DNA of 64,000 nt. Source: Guillardia theta CCMP2712 (lineage: Eukaryota; Protista; Cryptophyta). Position numbers and translations under genes: made by a program. Location: the NCBI RefSeq assembly GCF_000315625.1, contig NW_005434647.1, positions 114,103 to 178,102 on the forward strand, read 5' to 3'. Shown one piece after another: positions 50,148 through 62,543 of the stretch. The first letter of the stretch is position 1; every line of letters starts with the position of its first letter. A model generated the notes under the pieces. That model saw nothing but the letters and a program-made list of their open reading frames with translations, had not been told where the DNA came from and made no database searches.

Positions 50148-51444
50148 TCCTTACATCAGATTGGACCAGCAAGTTTGGACTCTTGAGGTCGCGATGCAGG
50201 ACAGGAGGGCGGAGAGAGTGAAGGTAGAGCATCCCCTTAGCTGCCTGGAGTGCCATGCTGTGATGGAGCAAGTCAGAACAAGACTGCACGAGGAAGATGA
50301 GAAGAAACAGAAGGAAGGAGGGAGGTGGGAGATCGGTAGAGTGAAGGGCAGTGAGGGAGAGGAGGAGGCGAAGGAGGAGGGGGGGAGGAGAAAAGGCAGG
50401 AGCAGGAGCAGGACATACTTGCGCTTCAAGCCGTCAGGGAGCTCAACGGCTGGATCCTGCCATGTTGATCAGGGTTGCCACTGCAGCATCAAACGATAAC
50501 CTGAAGGACGTCCGTCAAGCTGCCCCGCGCGAGAAACTCCATGACGATGAGCATCTCCCTCCCTCCCTAGGAGCCGATCGTGACATGGCATCGAAATAGG
50601 AGGGGGCAGAGAAATGGGAACAAGGGGGGGGGAAGGGGGCGGCGAGGAATGTATGGTGGCGCCAAAGTAGTACAGAGGTGCAAGGAAGGGAGGGGAACCT
50701 GTGGGGTACGAGAGTCGCAGACGCCCAGTAGTTGGACTATGTTTGGATGGTGAAGTTTGCTGGAGGAACTTTAGTGCATGGCTCCGACTCCTCTCCCTCT
50801 CCCTCCTCTCCGTCTCTTCCTCCCCTGTCTCTCCTTCTCCCGCTCCCTTCAGACCTGAGGATGTTCGCCTCGTCGAGAAACTCTTTGAGGTCTTGTAACG
50901 ACCAGACATCAATCTGCTTGATGGCGCAAATAGTGCCGAGCCACGTTCCCTTGGAGCACGTTGAGAGGTGGAAGAGCAGGGAGATGAATAGGAGAACGAG
51001 GAGGAGTAGGGGGAGAGGAGGGGAGAGTAGGGGAGACGAGAAGGAGAAGAGAAGGAGAAGAGAAGGAGAAGAGAAGGAGAAGAGAAGGAGAAGAGAAGGA
51101 GAAGAGAAGGAGAAGAGGAGGACAAGCAAGGCATACATGAAAACAATAGAGTAGGGGAGACGAGAAGGAGAAGAGAAGGAGAAGAGAAGGAGAAGAGAAG
51201 GAGAAGAGAAGGAGAAGAGAAGGAGAAGAGAAGGAGAAGAGGAGGACAAGCAAGGCATACATGAAAACAATAACACAGGCAGAACAAAAAGTCGAAGTAT
51301 AGGAAAGGAGGGATGGAGGGAGGGCGGGGCACCTTATACACACTGCCAAAGGCTCCTCGAGCCAATTTCTTGGTGAAGGTGACGTGCTCTCTCTGTAAAG
51401 AAAGCTAAGAGAGACGAGAAGAAGGAGGAGGAGGAGGAGGAGGA

Positions 51445-51504
<60 letters not shown>

Positions 51505-51513
51505 TGAGGATGA

Positions 51514-51547
<34 letters not shown>

Positions 51548-51587
51548 GAGGAGCAGGAGCAGGAGCAGAAGCAGCAGCAGCAGCAGA

Positions 51588-51635
<48 letters not shown>

Positions 51636-51636
51636 G

Positions 51637-51667
<31 letters not shown>

Positions 51668-53752
51668 ATAGTGGAAAACGAGAGGCGAGAGAAAAAGGGC
51701 AGTCATCGAAGAGACAACGGTTCACCATGATAGTGAAATGCGAATCATCCAGACCGTCTCCCAGCAGGCCCCTCCTCATGTCAGAGCTGCACGCAAGGTG
51801 AGGAGTAACGGCAGCACTTGCTGCGACTTCACCTGCTCATGCCGTACCTGCCGACATACCGGGGGGGGAGAAACTTCCATGCAAGGAGCATGACGACGAT
51901 AGTGAGGGCCATGCAGCCTGTAAGAGAAGGGTGAGGCTCGTGCGCGCACAGCGCAGACGAACTTGTAAGGATGAAGATGACGGCGAAGAGAGTCTTGGAG
52001 GAGGTTGTCACAAACTGCCGGTGCGTGAACTCCTGCTCGCCACCATCTTCCTCTTCCTCCCTCTCCTCCCCCTCCACTCTCACCTCAATCTCGAACTCGT
52101 TCGATATCTCCCCCAAGTCATTCTCGCCGATGAAGATTTGCAGCACCGCGTTCCCCTTCCCGTGAGGAAAAATCTGAACCAGACAGTCAGAGCCCCATCC
52201 CAACCAGAATATCGCCACCACTACCCCCTCCATCTACCCATCCACTACCCGTTCACTTTCCTAACATTGTTGCAGCACTTAGCACGTCTCTCTTCTGCCT
52301 GCGCTGCCCCCCTCCCCCACCCCCTTCTCTCCCTCCGGTGCTCTCTTGACGCACCTGCACCTCTACCGACAGGTACTTGGAGTTGTAGAGCTTCGGATTG
52401 GTGGGAACGCCTTGCTTGTGGCCGTCGATCATAACCTTGAACAGAGCTAGATAAGGAGGGACAACGCTGAGGAAATCTCAGCGCACTTGAATGAAGTTTG
52501 AGTCTCCTCCGAAGCTTTCTCCGATGATTGTGACTAGGCCGCCTTCGATGGCGAAATCCTTCCAGATAAAATCGGTAAGCATACACGCAGTAAATATGAG
52601 CAGAAGACAATGTCAGCATTAGCTCGAGAAAATGGAGATTAAAAAAGAAGAAGGAGGTGGTTGATGAGATTGCAGTGGAGGAGAAAGCGAGAAGAGAACG
52701 GAGGAGGAGCCATAAATAAATGAAATTTAGGAAGAAGAGGAGGGTGAGTACACTTCGATTCACCTTGGGGACTGTTGTCACAATCTTTGGAGCTCGATAC
52801 GTGAAGTTTAACGGCCAGAGCTGAACGCTGCAGAGTAGGAGGGAACACCATCACAACATCTCTGCATCGGCCAACGTCCGGCAGACTATCTTACTTGGGC
52901 TCTAGTTTGCCGTCGATCGCAGGGTAGATCACACAATTCTCCTGCTTCCTCTTGCACGCCCTGCGGCAGCAATCTCACTTCGAAATCACCTTCCTGCCCT
53001 TCCCTCTCCTCCGCGTACTTATCCTTGAAGAACATCTTCAGCGGCTGCTGGCCGTAAAGAGGTGCGACCTGGCAGACGATGGAGTGGCAGCGATACCTTG
53101 TGAGCAACAGGTCAGCGTTGTCAGGCAGCACCATAGAGTATCACGACAACTTGGATCTGAAGAAGTGCCCGTCCCAACCACAATCCCTCACCAGGTCCTG
53201 CGTCACGTCACCGGCGACCAACCCCTTGGCGAGCTCCTCCCCCCGCACCTCCCCCGACGGTGCCGTGCACTGGCATGCATCAGCGTCCTGGTCCTCGAAG
53301 TTGCAGCCGGTGGCATCGGAGCCGAAGTAGACGTAGTACGTGACTTCCATCTCGCACTGGAGGAGCCAAGGAGGCGTCATTATCGCAGAAGGCGCCATGG
53401 GCTGCTCACCGTGTCGCAGGGAGGGTCGAAGACGCATCCTTTGGAGCAGTCGGACGGGAAGAAAGTCCCCGAGATGGTCACGATCTGCGTGCCTTGCTGC
53501 TGGTTGTTGTTGGGACCACTCGCAGGCACCAAGGTTACGTCTCCTGCACGGAGCCATCAGGGTGCGCGTTCCAACGTCGAGCACAGCACATGACCGCCTC
53601 TCACCGTCAGACGGGCATGGAGGTATCGGACAGATCACTTCAGGGATAGGTGTCGTCGTGGGGACAGGTGTCGTGGTGTTCTTCCCGATCGCACAGACCA
53701 TGCAAGGGATCAGGAGCAAACTAAGGCAGAGGGCAGAGGCGGCTCCCTGCAT
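48906..53752 (-). CDS. Receptor-like tyrosine-kinase-like (TKL) protein kinase: signal peptide, Cys-rich ectodomain, several TM segments, kinase domain
   Basis: MQGAASALCLSLLLIPCMVCA signal. Kinase exons ARGAFGSVYK|GTWLGTICAIK, HHPNIVQLLG, IVMEFLARGSL, HRDLKSPNLL, KIADFGLSR, CGSPKWTAPE, AADIWSYGVVLWELLT, CLLFDPHLRPTF. Confidence 0.85.
51025..51272. repeat. 124-bp tandem duplication with (GAGAAGAGAAG)n core in kinase intron
   Basis: Units 51025-51148 and 51149-51272 both run GAGTAGGGGAGACGAG...GGACAAGCAAGGCATACATGAAAACAATA. Confidence 0.9.
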
Positions 53753-54863
53753 GGTGAGACTTGATGAATCTGCTCTAGCGCTTGTTAAAGGTCGAGGGCA
53801 TCTGAACCTGCTCGTGAGATGTCGTCCAACATGATGGCAGCGCGAGCATGTCAGGAGCTCTGCGAGGACGAGCTGAGTCAACTGGTGGCACTGGTGGACA
53901 AACAGCAAACAGCCTGCAGCACCCTTTCTAGCTCATTCAGCTCTACACAACTTCTAAGAGATATCTTTGCTATCCTGGTGTTAGATCTCAGCAATGGATA
54001 CAGCAAGCTCTTGAAGTCAATCATGCAGTATCATAGCTCAATTCCGTAGACTTCCCACCTCTGGCTCGCTCACTGTATCTGCATCTTTCTCTGCCTATCC
54101 TACGTGACGTCCTCTCTCTGTCCCAATGGATCTCGTGTTATCCTCGCATCGTTTCTCTCCTCCTTACTACCTTCGTCTCTCTCCTCCTCTCCTCTCCTCT
54201 CTTGTCCTCTCCTCTCCTCTCCTCTCCTCTCCTCTCCTCTCCTCTCTTGTCCTCTCCTCTTCTCTCTTCTCCCCTCCCCTCTTGATCCTGGTCCCTGCAT
54301 TGCGTACTACAACCCAGAGTACTACCCCCACCCTTTCCCTGACACCCCACCCCCTTTCACCGATCTTCAAATAGGGAATTTGGTATGGGAGACAGGGGTT
54401 CCAAGGGTATTTTAAGTACCCCCTACCCTAGTTCAGCAAGTCCTGTGGATAGGTCCTCATACAGCACAGCCTTTGTTGACCCTCATACCGCTCGACTGGA
54501 CCTGAAGCATGCGCACGTGCGATATGGCGGAAATCCGAAATGCGAGGACGGGGGGAGGAGGAGCGGGGAAGGAGGGAGGGAGGGAGGGAGGGTTGACCAG
54601 AGGAGCAGTAAGGATGAGAGGGTTTCCTATGAATGCTGTAGAGCTTCAGGACTCAGACGGCACACGGTGCATGCAGCCTTGCCAGATCAGTCGAACCAGT
54701 GAACGATTCCTTGAGTGCCTGTGATTGCTGCATGTTGTGCAAGTTCTGAGTGTAGAGGATCATTTTTCACGACCATGATTTCTCTGTTCATGTGTGGATC
54801 CGGTCTCTTGACATGTTCTTGACTGTGTTGCTCCCGACCAGGCAGCACTTGGCCCATCACAAG

Positions 54864-56659
54864 ATGGTTTCTACTCTAGCGTCGCAGCTGGCAGCTTTGC
54901 GGCAAGGGAGGGACCCTAAGGTTCGAGGAGCCTGAGGAGGAGATGTGGAGAGGAGCTGACACTTGCTGCAGGGAGACAACAGCCTCAAGCACAGGCCGTC
55001 CTTCCTCTTCACGTCGTCAGAGGCCGCAGACCTTGACGGGGACGCGATCCACAGCATCGGGCTGAGTGGGCTGGCAGAGCTGGAGAAGCAGGATCCCTCG
55101 CTCCACAAGTATGAGAAGCTTCTGTTCAACCGCTCCCCCTCCACCTTCCACCGAGAGAACCAGTCATACGACGCCATGAAGGTTAGGCTCCTGCCCCTGC
55201 CCCTGCCCCTGCTCCTGCTCCTGCCCCTGCCCCTTTTTCTCCTCCTCCTCCTCCTCCTCCTCCTCCTCCTCCTCCTCCTCCTCCTCCTCCTCAGCGCAGC
55301 GTCTCTTGTGACATCTGCCGCTCTCCAGTCAATCAACCAGTCAATCAAGAGCCTGTTGAAGGCTCTTGCTCCTTATTTCCTGCTCCGTCCCACTCACAAG
55401 ATCCTCGAGTTTCTGATCCGATGCTACCAAGTCCACGAGCACAACCTTGACGATCTGCTGCTCTGCTGCCTTCCCTATCACACAACTCCGCAGTTCGTCC
55501 GCCTGGTCCAGCTGACTAACCCCAAGGACAAGTGGAGCTTTCTCAATGGCGTCAAGAAGACCGGCGCTCCTCTGTCAAGGACGGTGCTGGCGGGAGCTTG
55601 TATCTCGGACCTTGCTGTGCTCAAGTTCATCTGTGAAATGTGCAATGTAAGCATGCGGGGCGGCAGAGGACTAGGCGGATGAGATAGGGGATGGAGAAGA
55701 GGGGTGGAGAGATGGAGGCAAGGGGAAGGAAGAGAAGGTCAAGAGGGGAGTTTTGCAAAGTCTAGGAAGCAAGGGGCAATCCTTTGTGCAAGAGAGGAGG
55801 AGAGGCTGGTGACAGGGATCTGAATCTTTGATACAGGAGCCAACCACCAGTCGAGTCGTCCTGACTCTCTTCGTGAGCACAGCAGTGGAGGTCTTGACGA
55901 CGATGAAGAAAGTGACGGAGGAAGTCTCCCTTGCCATCCTCCCGACCATCCTCGAGGGCATTCGCACCCCCAAGGTCTCTGACTTCCAGTCAGCCGCGTA
56001 CATGGTGCTCGCCGCGCTCGTAAAGAGGGCGGAGCTGTCGGAGGAGGTGATCCGGAGTCTGCTGGAGATCATTCCCAAGTACGCCAACCGGCAGAACCCG
56101 ACGGACTGCCTCCTGATTGTTGTCATCATCTGCAACTTCCAGCGGCCGAGCAGGCTCGAGCCCCAGGGGGTCTCGTCGGTCCTGCACATCCAGCCCGTCG
56201 TCGGGATTCTCAAGGAGCTCGGGGACAAGGTAGACCTCTCTGGCTTCCTGGGTATCTTCATCAGGGGGCTGGTAAGGGACGTGAAGGAGAACAGCCGGGC
56301 CCTTCAGGTGCTGCAGGAGCTTCTGACTAGCCTCCCGCTGTCCTCGGAGATCGTCATGCAGGCAGCCATCGCAGTCACTCGGGGAGCCTGTGACATGTAC
56401 AGGCACGCCAAGAACGGGAAGATGTCGGTGGAGGAGAACGACGTGGTGAAGAAGATGAGCGACGTTCTCAGCTCGCTGGCCCTCCGCTACCCCAACGAGA
56501 TCGACGAGTTTGTGAACAAGATTCTGAGGAGCTATGGAGTGAAGCCGGTGGAGGAGGGCAGGGATGAGCCGTCCAAGAAGAAGTCAGGCGGAGACAAGAA
56601 GGGTGAGGGTGATGGCAAGAAGGGCAACCAGTCAAAACAGGCGCAAAAAGGAAAGAAGA

Positions 56660-56705
<46 letters not shown>

Positions 56706-59700
56706 TGAGGACGAGGATGAGGACGAGGACGAAGATGGGGGCGAGCATGACGACGAGGAGAGGGAGTGGCTAACCTCGTTCCTGTCGCACACCTTCCAGG
56801 GCACAAGGCACATCCCCATCCTAGAGGGAGGGACGACCCTGCTTCTTGCTCTAGAGCACCCCAACGCCTCCATCCGCAGAGCCGCCCTCCTCAAGGCGTT
56901 TCAGAGCACCTCGAGTCAACCTCTGGAGCCCTTCCTAGCCGACGCCCTCCTGCGCAGACTGCAGGACGAGGACCCGTCTGTCGTCCTCTGCGCGCTGTCG
57001 TGGGACAAACTCGTGGCGAAGCTGCCAGCAGAGAGCCTGCTGGAAGGTCTCAGCAGCCTCGTGTTGGAGGGAAGGGGAGGGAAGGTTGGGAAGAAGACGC
57101 AGGTCTCCGAGAGTCAGGGGCAGGCGCTGACCATCCTGTGCTCGTCCTTCCTCGAGGCACATCCGGAGTTCGAGGACAAGGCCATGACGGTCCTTCTAGG
57201 AAAGTTTTTGATGTTCCCCAGCACACGGAGGACGAGCGGGCTGGTGCTGAAGCTCATGGTGGGGTCGAAGCATTTGCTGTTCGAGGGGCTGGTGGAGATG
57301 AAGGAGGAGGTGAAGGAAGGCAGCAAGACTGAGCTGTCGGGGGAGGGAGCGTGGGAGCTGAACGTGAAGGTGCTGATGAGGATAGCACGGAACATGGTCA
57401 GGATGAACGAGGAGGAGATGGAGAAGATGGTCGGACTTGTCAGGGGCTGCAAGTGCCTGGCAAGCAAGTTCCTCCTCCTCCTCTTCTGCATGAAGCAGTG
57501 CAAGGAGGACAGGATGCTGGTGCTGGCGTCAGCGGTGAAGGAGGAGCTCATCAAGTTCGAGAGGAGCGCAGGCGGAGTGAAGAAGAAGAAGAAGTGGAAC
57601 GACCCTGAGGTCCTTGCCAACCTCTCCGCTCACCACCTTGCAAAGCTCTTCTCCTCGGAGGAGGACAACGATAGCCTCTCCTCCCTCAGGGTCGTCAGCT
57701 CGGCGACCTGGTTTGTGATGGCAAAGAAGCTTCAAGGGTGCAAAGTAGACGCTGTGGACAAGGGGGAAGGAGGAGCGGCAACGGAGCTGCTGGCGCTGGT
57801 TAAGAGCATGTTCAAGTTCTTCTGCGACCGCAGGGACATCAGGCCGTTCAAACTTCACGTGCAGGAACTGGTGGGAGGCTGGAGATTAGAGTTCTCCCTC
57901 TCCTTCCTATCCTCCTTCGTCGTCGACAAGCGCTCCTGCTCGCCCTCCTGCAGGGCCCACTGCCTGTACATGCTCACGTCCCTCGTCAGGACGGGAGGCG
58001 CCCAAGTCTCCCTTGCTGCCCAGCACCTCTTCCCCGTCCTCCTCGCCCTCAAGGATCAGAGTCAGCTCGTGCGGCACGCGGCCATCACCTCCTTGAAGGT
58101 CGTGGCGGGGCTCGCGCACGACAAGAAGAAGTCTCCTCCTCCCATCGTCTACGGCAAGCTTGATGTTTCCGTCTTCCTGGCCTTTGTCTCCTTCCTCGCC
58201 GATCAGAGTCAGGACCTGTTCCACGGCGAGCAGCACCTGTCGTCTCTGCTGTCAGGGCTGCTGAGGCTAGAGGAGCAGGAGGACAAGGAGGAGACGGGCA
58301 AGAGATCGCGGAGCTTCTCGGAGAGCAACAGGAAGCAGGTGCAGGCATACCTGCTTGAGCTCGTGTTTGCGCAGGAGGAGGAGGACAGGAAGGTGGAGAT
58401 GATGGAGCTGCTCCTTCCCTTTGTCTCTTCCATGGTCTCCCTGCCAATCACCCACTCCCGCCTGCAGGACTGCGTGAAAGCTCTAGAGGCCTCATCCTCA
58501 TCCTCCTCCGCCTCCGCCTCCTTCTCGCCATCCTACATCAGCAGCCTCGTCCGCCTCCACCTCTCTTGCAGGATCGCGTCTGCGGTCTCCAGCTCGAGCA
58601 AGGAGGAGGTGAACAAGATCTGCTCCACCATCCTCGCGCCTCTCCGAGCTGCAGCCAAGCTCCGTCAGAGGAAGGGAGCAGCTAGTCAGGACGCTCTGCT
58701 CTCCTCGATCCTCCGTTACTTCCCAGCTGATCTCTACAGTCTCCTGCCCGGAAGCATGCAGGAGAGCATGCTGACAGATCTCTGCACTCTAGTTGCCTCT
58801 GCTCCTCCTGACATGGCAGGGCTCGCCAAGACTCAGCTCTTCTCACTTCCCCTCCTTGCTCAGCACGTGACGAAGCTGCTGTCCTCCTTGCTCGAGCGAG
58901 CCAGGGGCACGCAGACTCCGTCCTCGGAGCAGAAGGCGAGGAAGCAGAAGACGGAAGCAGGAGCAACAGGAGGAGCGGACAAGCTCGCGGAGCTGAAGAG
59001 GGACGCGTCGGTAGTGACGGACGTGATGCAGTACCACGAGGATCCGACTCGGTTCCTCTCCCTCCTCCCTCAGCTGTTTGAGATGCTCGACGTGATCACG
59101 TCGGAGGACGGAGGAGCTTCTTTCAGCGCGGACGGGGACGAGTCTCTGGACCAGAGCCTCCTTTCCTGCATTCTTGTACTTCTTCAGGCTCACCTGGGCA
59201 AGAAGCCAGAGGAGGAGGAGGAAGGGAAGAAGAAGAAGAAGCGAAAGGAGGAGCAGAGCAAGGGCGAGGAGGGGCTGGGAGCGGCGATCGAGCAGGGGAT
59301 CAGGATGGAAGCGATCGTGCGGTGCCTTAGGAGGGCGCAGGCCCCGCAGACGCGGCACGACGCGCTGCTGCTCCTGCAGGCTCTGACGGCGGCGCATCCT
59401 CGCCAGGTCCTCAAGCATGTCATGACGATCTTCTCCTTCCTCGGGGAGACCGGTCTCGTGCACGACGACCACTACTCCTTCCTCGTCATTGAGCAGACGC
59501 TCAAGAGCATCGTCCCCCCTCTCATCGCCTGCGGCATGCAGGAGGAGGAGCTGCTTCAGGTGTTCGTCCAGTCCCTCCTGCTCATCCCCGCACACAGGAG
59601 GATGCGGCTGTACACCACCCTCCTCATGCTCCTCCCCTCCAGGAACGTCCTGGAGACCTTCCTCCTCCTCCTCCTCTCCGCCAAGTTTGCCCGGCCCGCG

Positions 59701-62275
59701 AAGAAGGGGAAGGGAGGGGAGGAAGACATGGTCGCCTTCGGCGTCTCGGTCTGCGCGCAATTCCCGCTGGACTTTCAGCTGGACAACTACAACAGCCTGC
59801 TGGAGAGCATGAGGAAGATGCCGCAAAGAGAGGCAGAGCTCAAGAAGAGCAGGTCCTCCTCCTCCTCCTCCTCTATGAAGGAGCTTCGGGTCCTCCAGTC
59901 CCTCCTGATCCAAGTCATCATCCGCCTCCTTAGCAGCCGCTCGTTCGCCGTGCAGGTCCAGACGCTGCCGGCCGCTGACGAGGAGCTCTTCCAAGGGCAG
60001 CTCCTGCTCCTCTTTGAACAGCTCATCCTCCTCCAGCGCATGGCGCACGACTGGGAGGAAGAGGAGGACAGCTCGAGGGCCAAGGAGGACGTGAAGGAGA
60101 GAATGGATGAGGCCCTGCAAGTCGTCAGTTCCCACCTCTCTGTGAGCGGCTTCGTGCGGAGCATCTCCTCTCTCCTCGAGAAGAAGGACGAGCAGGTCAG
60201 GCAGCGAGCGCTTTCGTACCTCAGCCACAAGCTCGAGCTCCTCGACTCTGACCTCCCCCCCGCACAGAGGAGCCTCCTCCTCGACCTAGTCCCCTCCCTC
60301 AGTGGGTATCTCCAGGGCAAGTCGGAGGGGTCCGTCCAGCTCTCCGTCTGCTGCCTTGAGCAGCTGGCCCGGCTGTTCGCCAGCAGCCAGCCCAAGGGTT
60401 GGCTCGAGTGCATGCCGCAGGTGGTGGCCTGTCTCTCCTCCTCTTCCTCCCTCGTCGTCTCCTCCACCTGCTCCTGCATCGCCACCATGGCCATCCAGCT
60501 CGGCGCCGCTGCCCTTCCCAACATCAACAAGGTGGTCCCGAGGATGCTGGACCTGGTGCAGGAGAGAGTGAAGAGCGTCGCGGCCCTGGAGGAGGAGGAG
60601 GCGATCCTGTGTCAGAGCGCTGTGCTGTCAGTGGAGAAGATCATGTCGCACCTGCCGCACCTCATGTCTCCCTTCGTTGACAAGTTCCTCTCCTGCCTCC
60701 TCCACCCGTCGCTCGTCGACCCCCAGGCTCACTCGGCTCTGTTCCTCGCTGCCAAGCAGGCGCGTCAGCGACTGGTGAGCTCTTCCTCTCCTCAGTCACC
60801 TGCTTCCCTCCTGTACTCAAGGGATCGGTTCCTCCCCTCACCCTCTTTGATCCGCTTCTCCCTTCCTCGTTCCTCGCTCCATTCCTCTCCCCTCCCGCTC
60901 GTCTCCTTCTCTACCACTCTGATGCTTCTCTTCTTCTATCCACGTTTTCAAATCCCTGTAACTCGATCTCTCTCTCTCTCCTCTACTGCTTATCCTTCCC
61001 CTCACTCCCTCACTCTCTCACTCTCTCACTCCCTTTCTTCGCATTTTGACTTTCCTTTTACAGCCGGAGATCATCGCATCGAGGATCCTCATCCCGAAGC
61101 TTTGCAAGCAGCGTGAGGAGCTAGCTGAGATGTCAAGGCACAGCCTGCATGCTCTCTTCGCCATGCTCGAGCAGCTCTGCAAGTCCCTCAGCCAGCAGGA
61201 CGTGGCCGCAAGTTTCCCCCGCATCTTCAAGTTCTTTCTCGACTCCCTCGACCTTCGCTTCCTCGCGCTAGCGGGCAAGACGAGCATCGCAGGGGAGGAG
61301 GTTGTGGAGGTTGAAGGCGCCATGCTCGTGGCCCTGGAGGCGCTGGTGCTGAAGCTGAACGAGTCTCGGTTCAAGCCCTCGTTCCTCAAGCTCTACGACT
61401 GGGCGACAGTCCTCGAGGAGAAGGAGGCGGAGGGGAGGAGCAGCAAGGAGGCTGAGCTTCACTCCCTGCAGAGGATGAGCAGGCTGGTGACCCTGAGCAG
61501 AGTTGTCAACACGTTGGGGGAGCGGCTCAAGGCAATCATGGTCCCCTACTTCTCCTACCTCCTCCAGCTCTTCCTCTCCATCCTCTCCGACAGGGCCACC
61601 ATCTTCAAGCCTCTCTCCCAGCCTCCCCCCTCCTCCAAGAAGAGGAAGAGGGACAAGGATGGGGATCAGGACATCGCAAAGCAGGTGCTGATTCCTCCAC
61701 CTCCCCATCGTCCCCCTCCCGCTCCCGCCCCTCGTCTGCCCTCCCCCCCCCCCTTCCTGCTTCCTCTGACTTGCTGGCAGCTGGCCGACGAGTGCACGGA
61801 CTGGGTTGTCCAGGCCCTGCACAAGTGCTTCCTCTACGACACCATCGCCTTCACCAACAAGGAACGCTTCGAGGCACTTCACCCGCCCCTCGTTGCCCTC
61901 CTCGACGACCTCTCGTGTGGCAAGGAGCGCTACCAGACTCGCATCGACCTCTATCTCAAGCCAGCTGTCATCCAGCTCGCCGTTGCCGTGCAGGCAGGGA
62001 CGGGAAGCGACCTGCTCTGGAAGCCTCTCAACCATCAGCTTCTCCTCCGCACTCGCAACGACTCTGCCATGGTCCGCTTCGCCGCCCTCCAGGTGGTCAC
62101 AGGAGTCGTTCAGCGTCTCGGGGAGGAGTACCTGTCGCTCGTGCCCGAGATGCTCCCCTTCATCGTCGAGGTGCTCGAGGACATGGACGAGCAAGTCGAG
62201 ACCTGCGGGCGGCAGCTGGTTGCGCTGCTGGAGACTCACCTTGGGGAGAGTCTCAACGAGTATTTGCGAGCTTAA
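54864..62275 (+). CDS. UTP10: U3 snoRNP protein UTP10 / HEAT repeat-containing protein 1 (BAP28)
   Basis: MVSTLASQL, RPSFLF...AADLD, LAPYFLLRPTHKILEFLIR, LPYHTT, LVLKLNESRFKPSFLKLYDWA, LWKPLNHQLLLRTR, LGEEYLSLVPEMLPFIVEVLED, LGESLNEYL. Confidence 0.95.
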
Positions 62276-62543
62276 CCTGTATCTTACTGTTCCATACATC
62301 TACATCCTCCTCTCCTCCTGCCTCCTCCTCGCATTCTACGCTTCCCCGCATGCTCTACTCGTCGATCTCAGTCTGGCTGGTACTGTTTCACTCCCCTCCT
62401 TTTGCCTTCTGTACAAAAGCGTCAGATCAAGAAGTTGGAGCGACAGCGATGGAGAGGAAGGAAGGAAAAGGTGGAGGAGGGGGTGAGAGCAAGAGAGACG
62501 CAGGAGGAGGGGAGGAAGAAAACGAGAGCTACCGAAACAATGA

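Noticed and set aside
58843-62299. Long antisense ORFs (461 aa, 343 aa) opposite UTP10, and similar ones opposite FMO, PDAT, URB1, ispH
   Set aside because: Expected shadow ORFs of GC3-rich coding sequence
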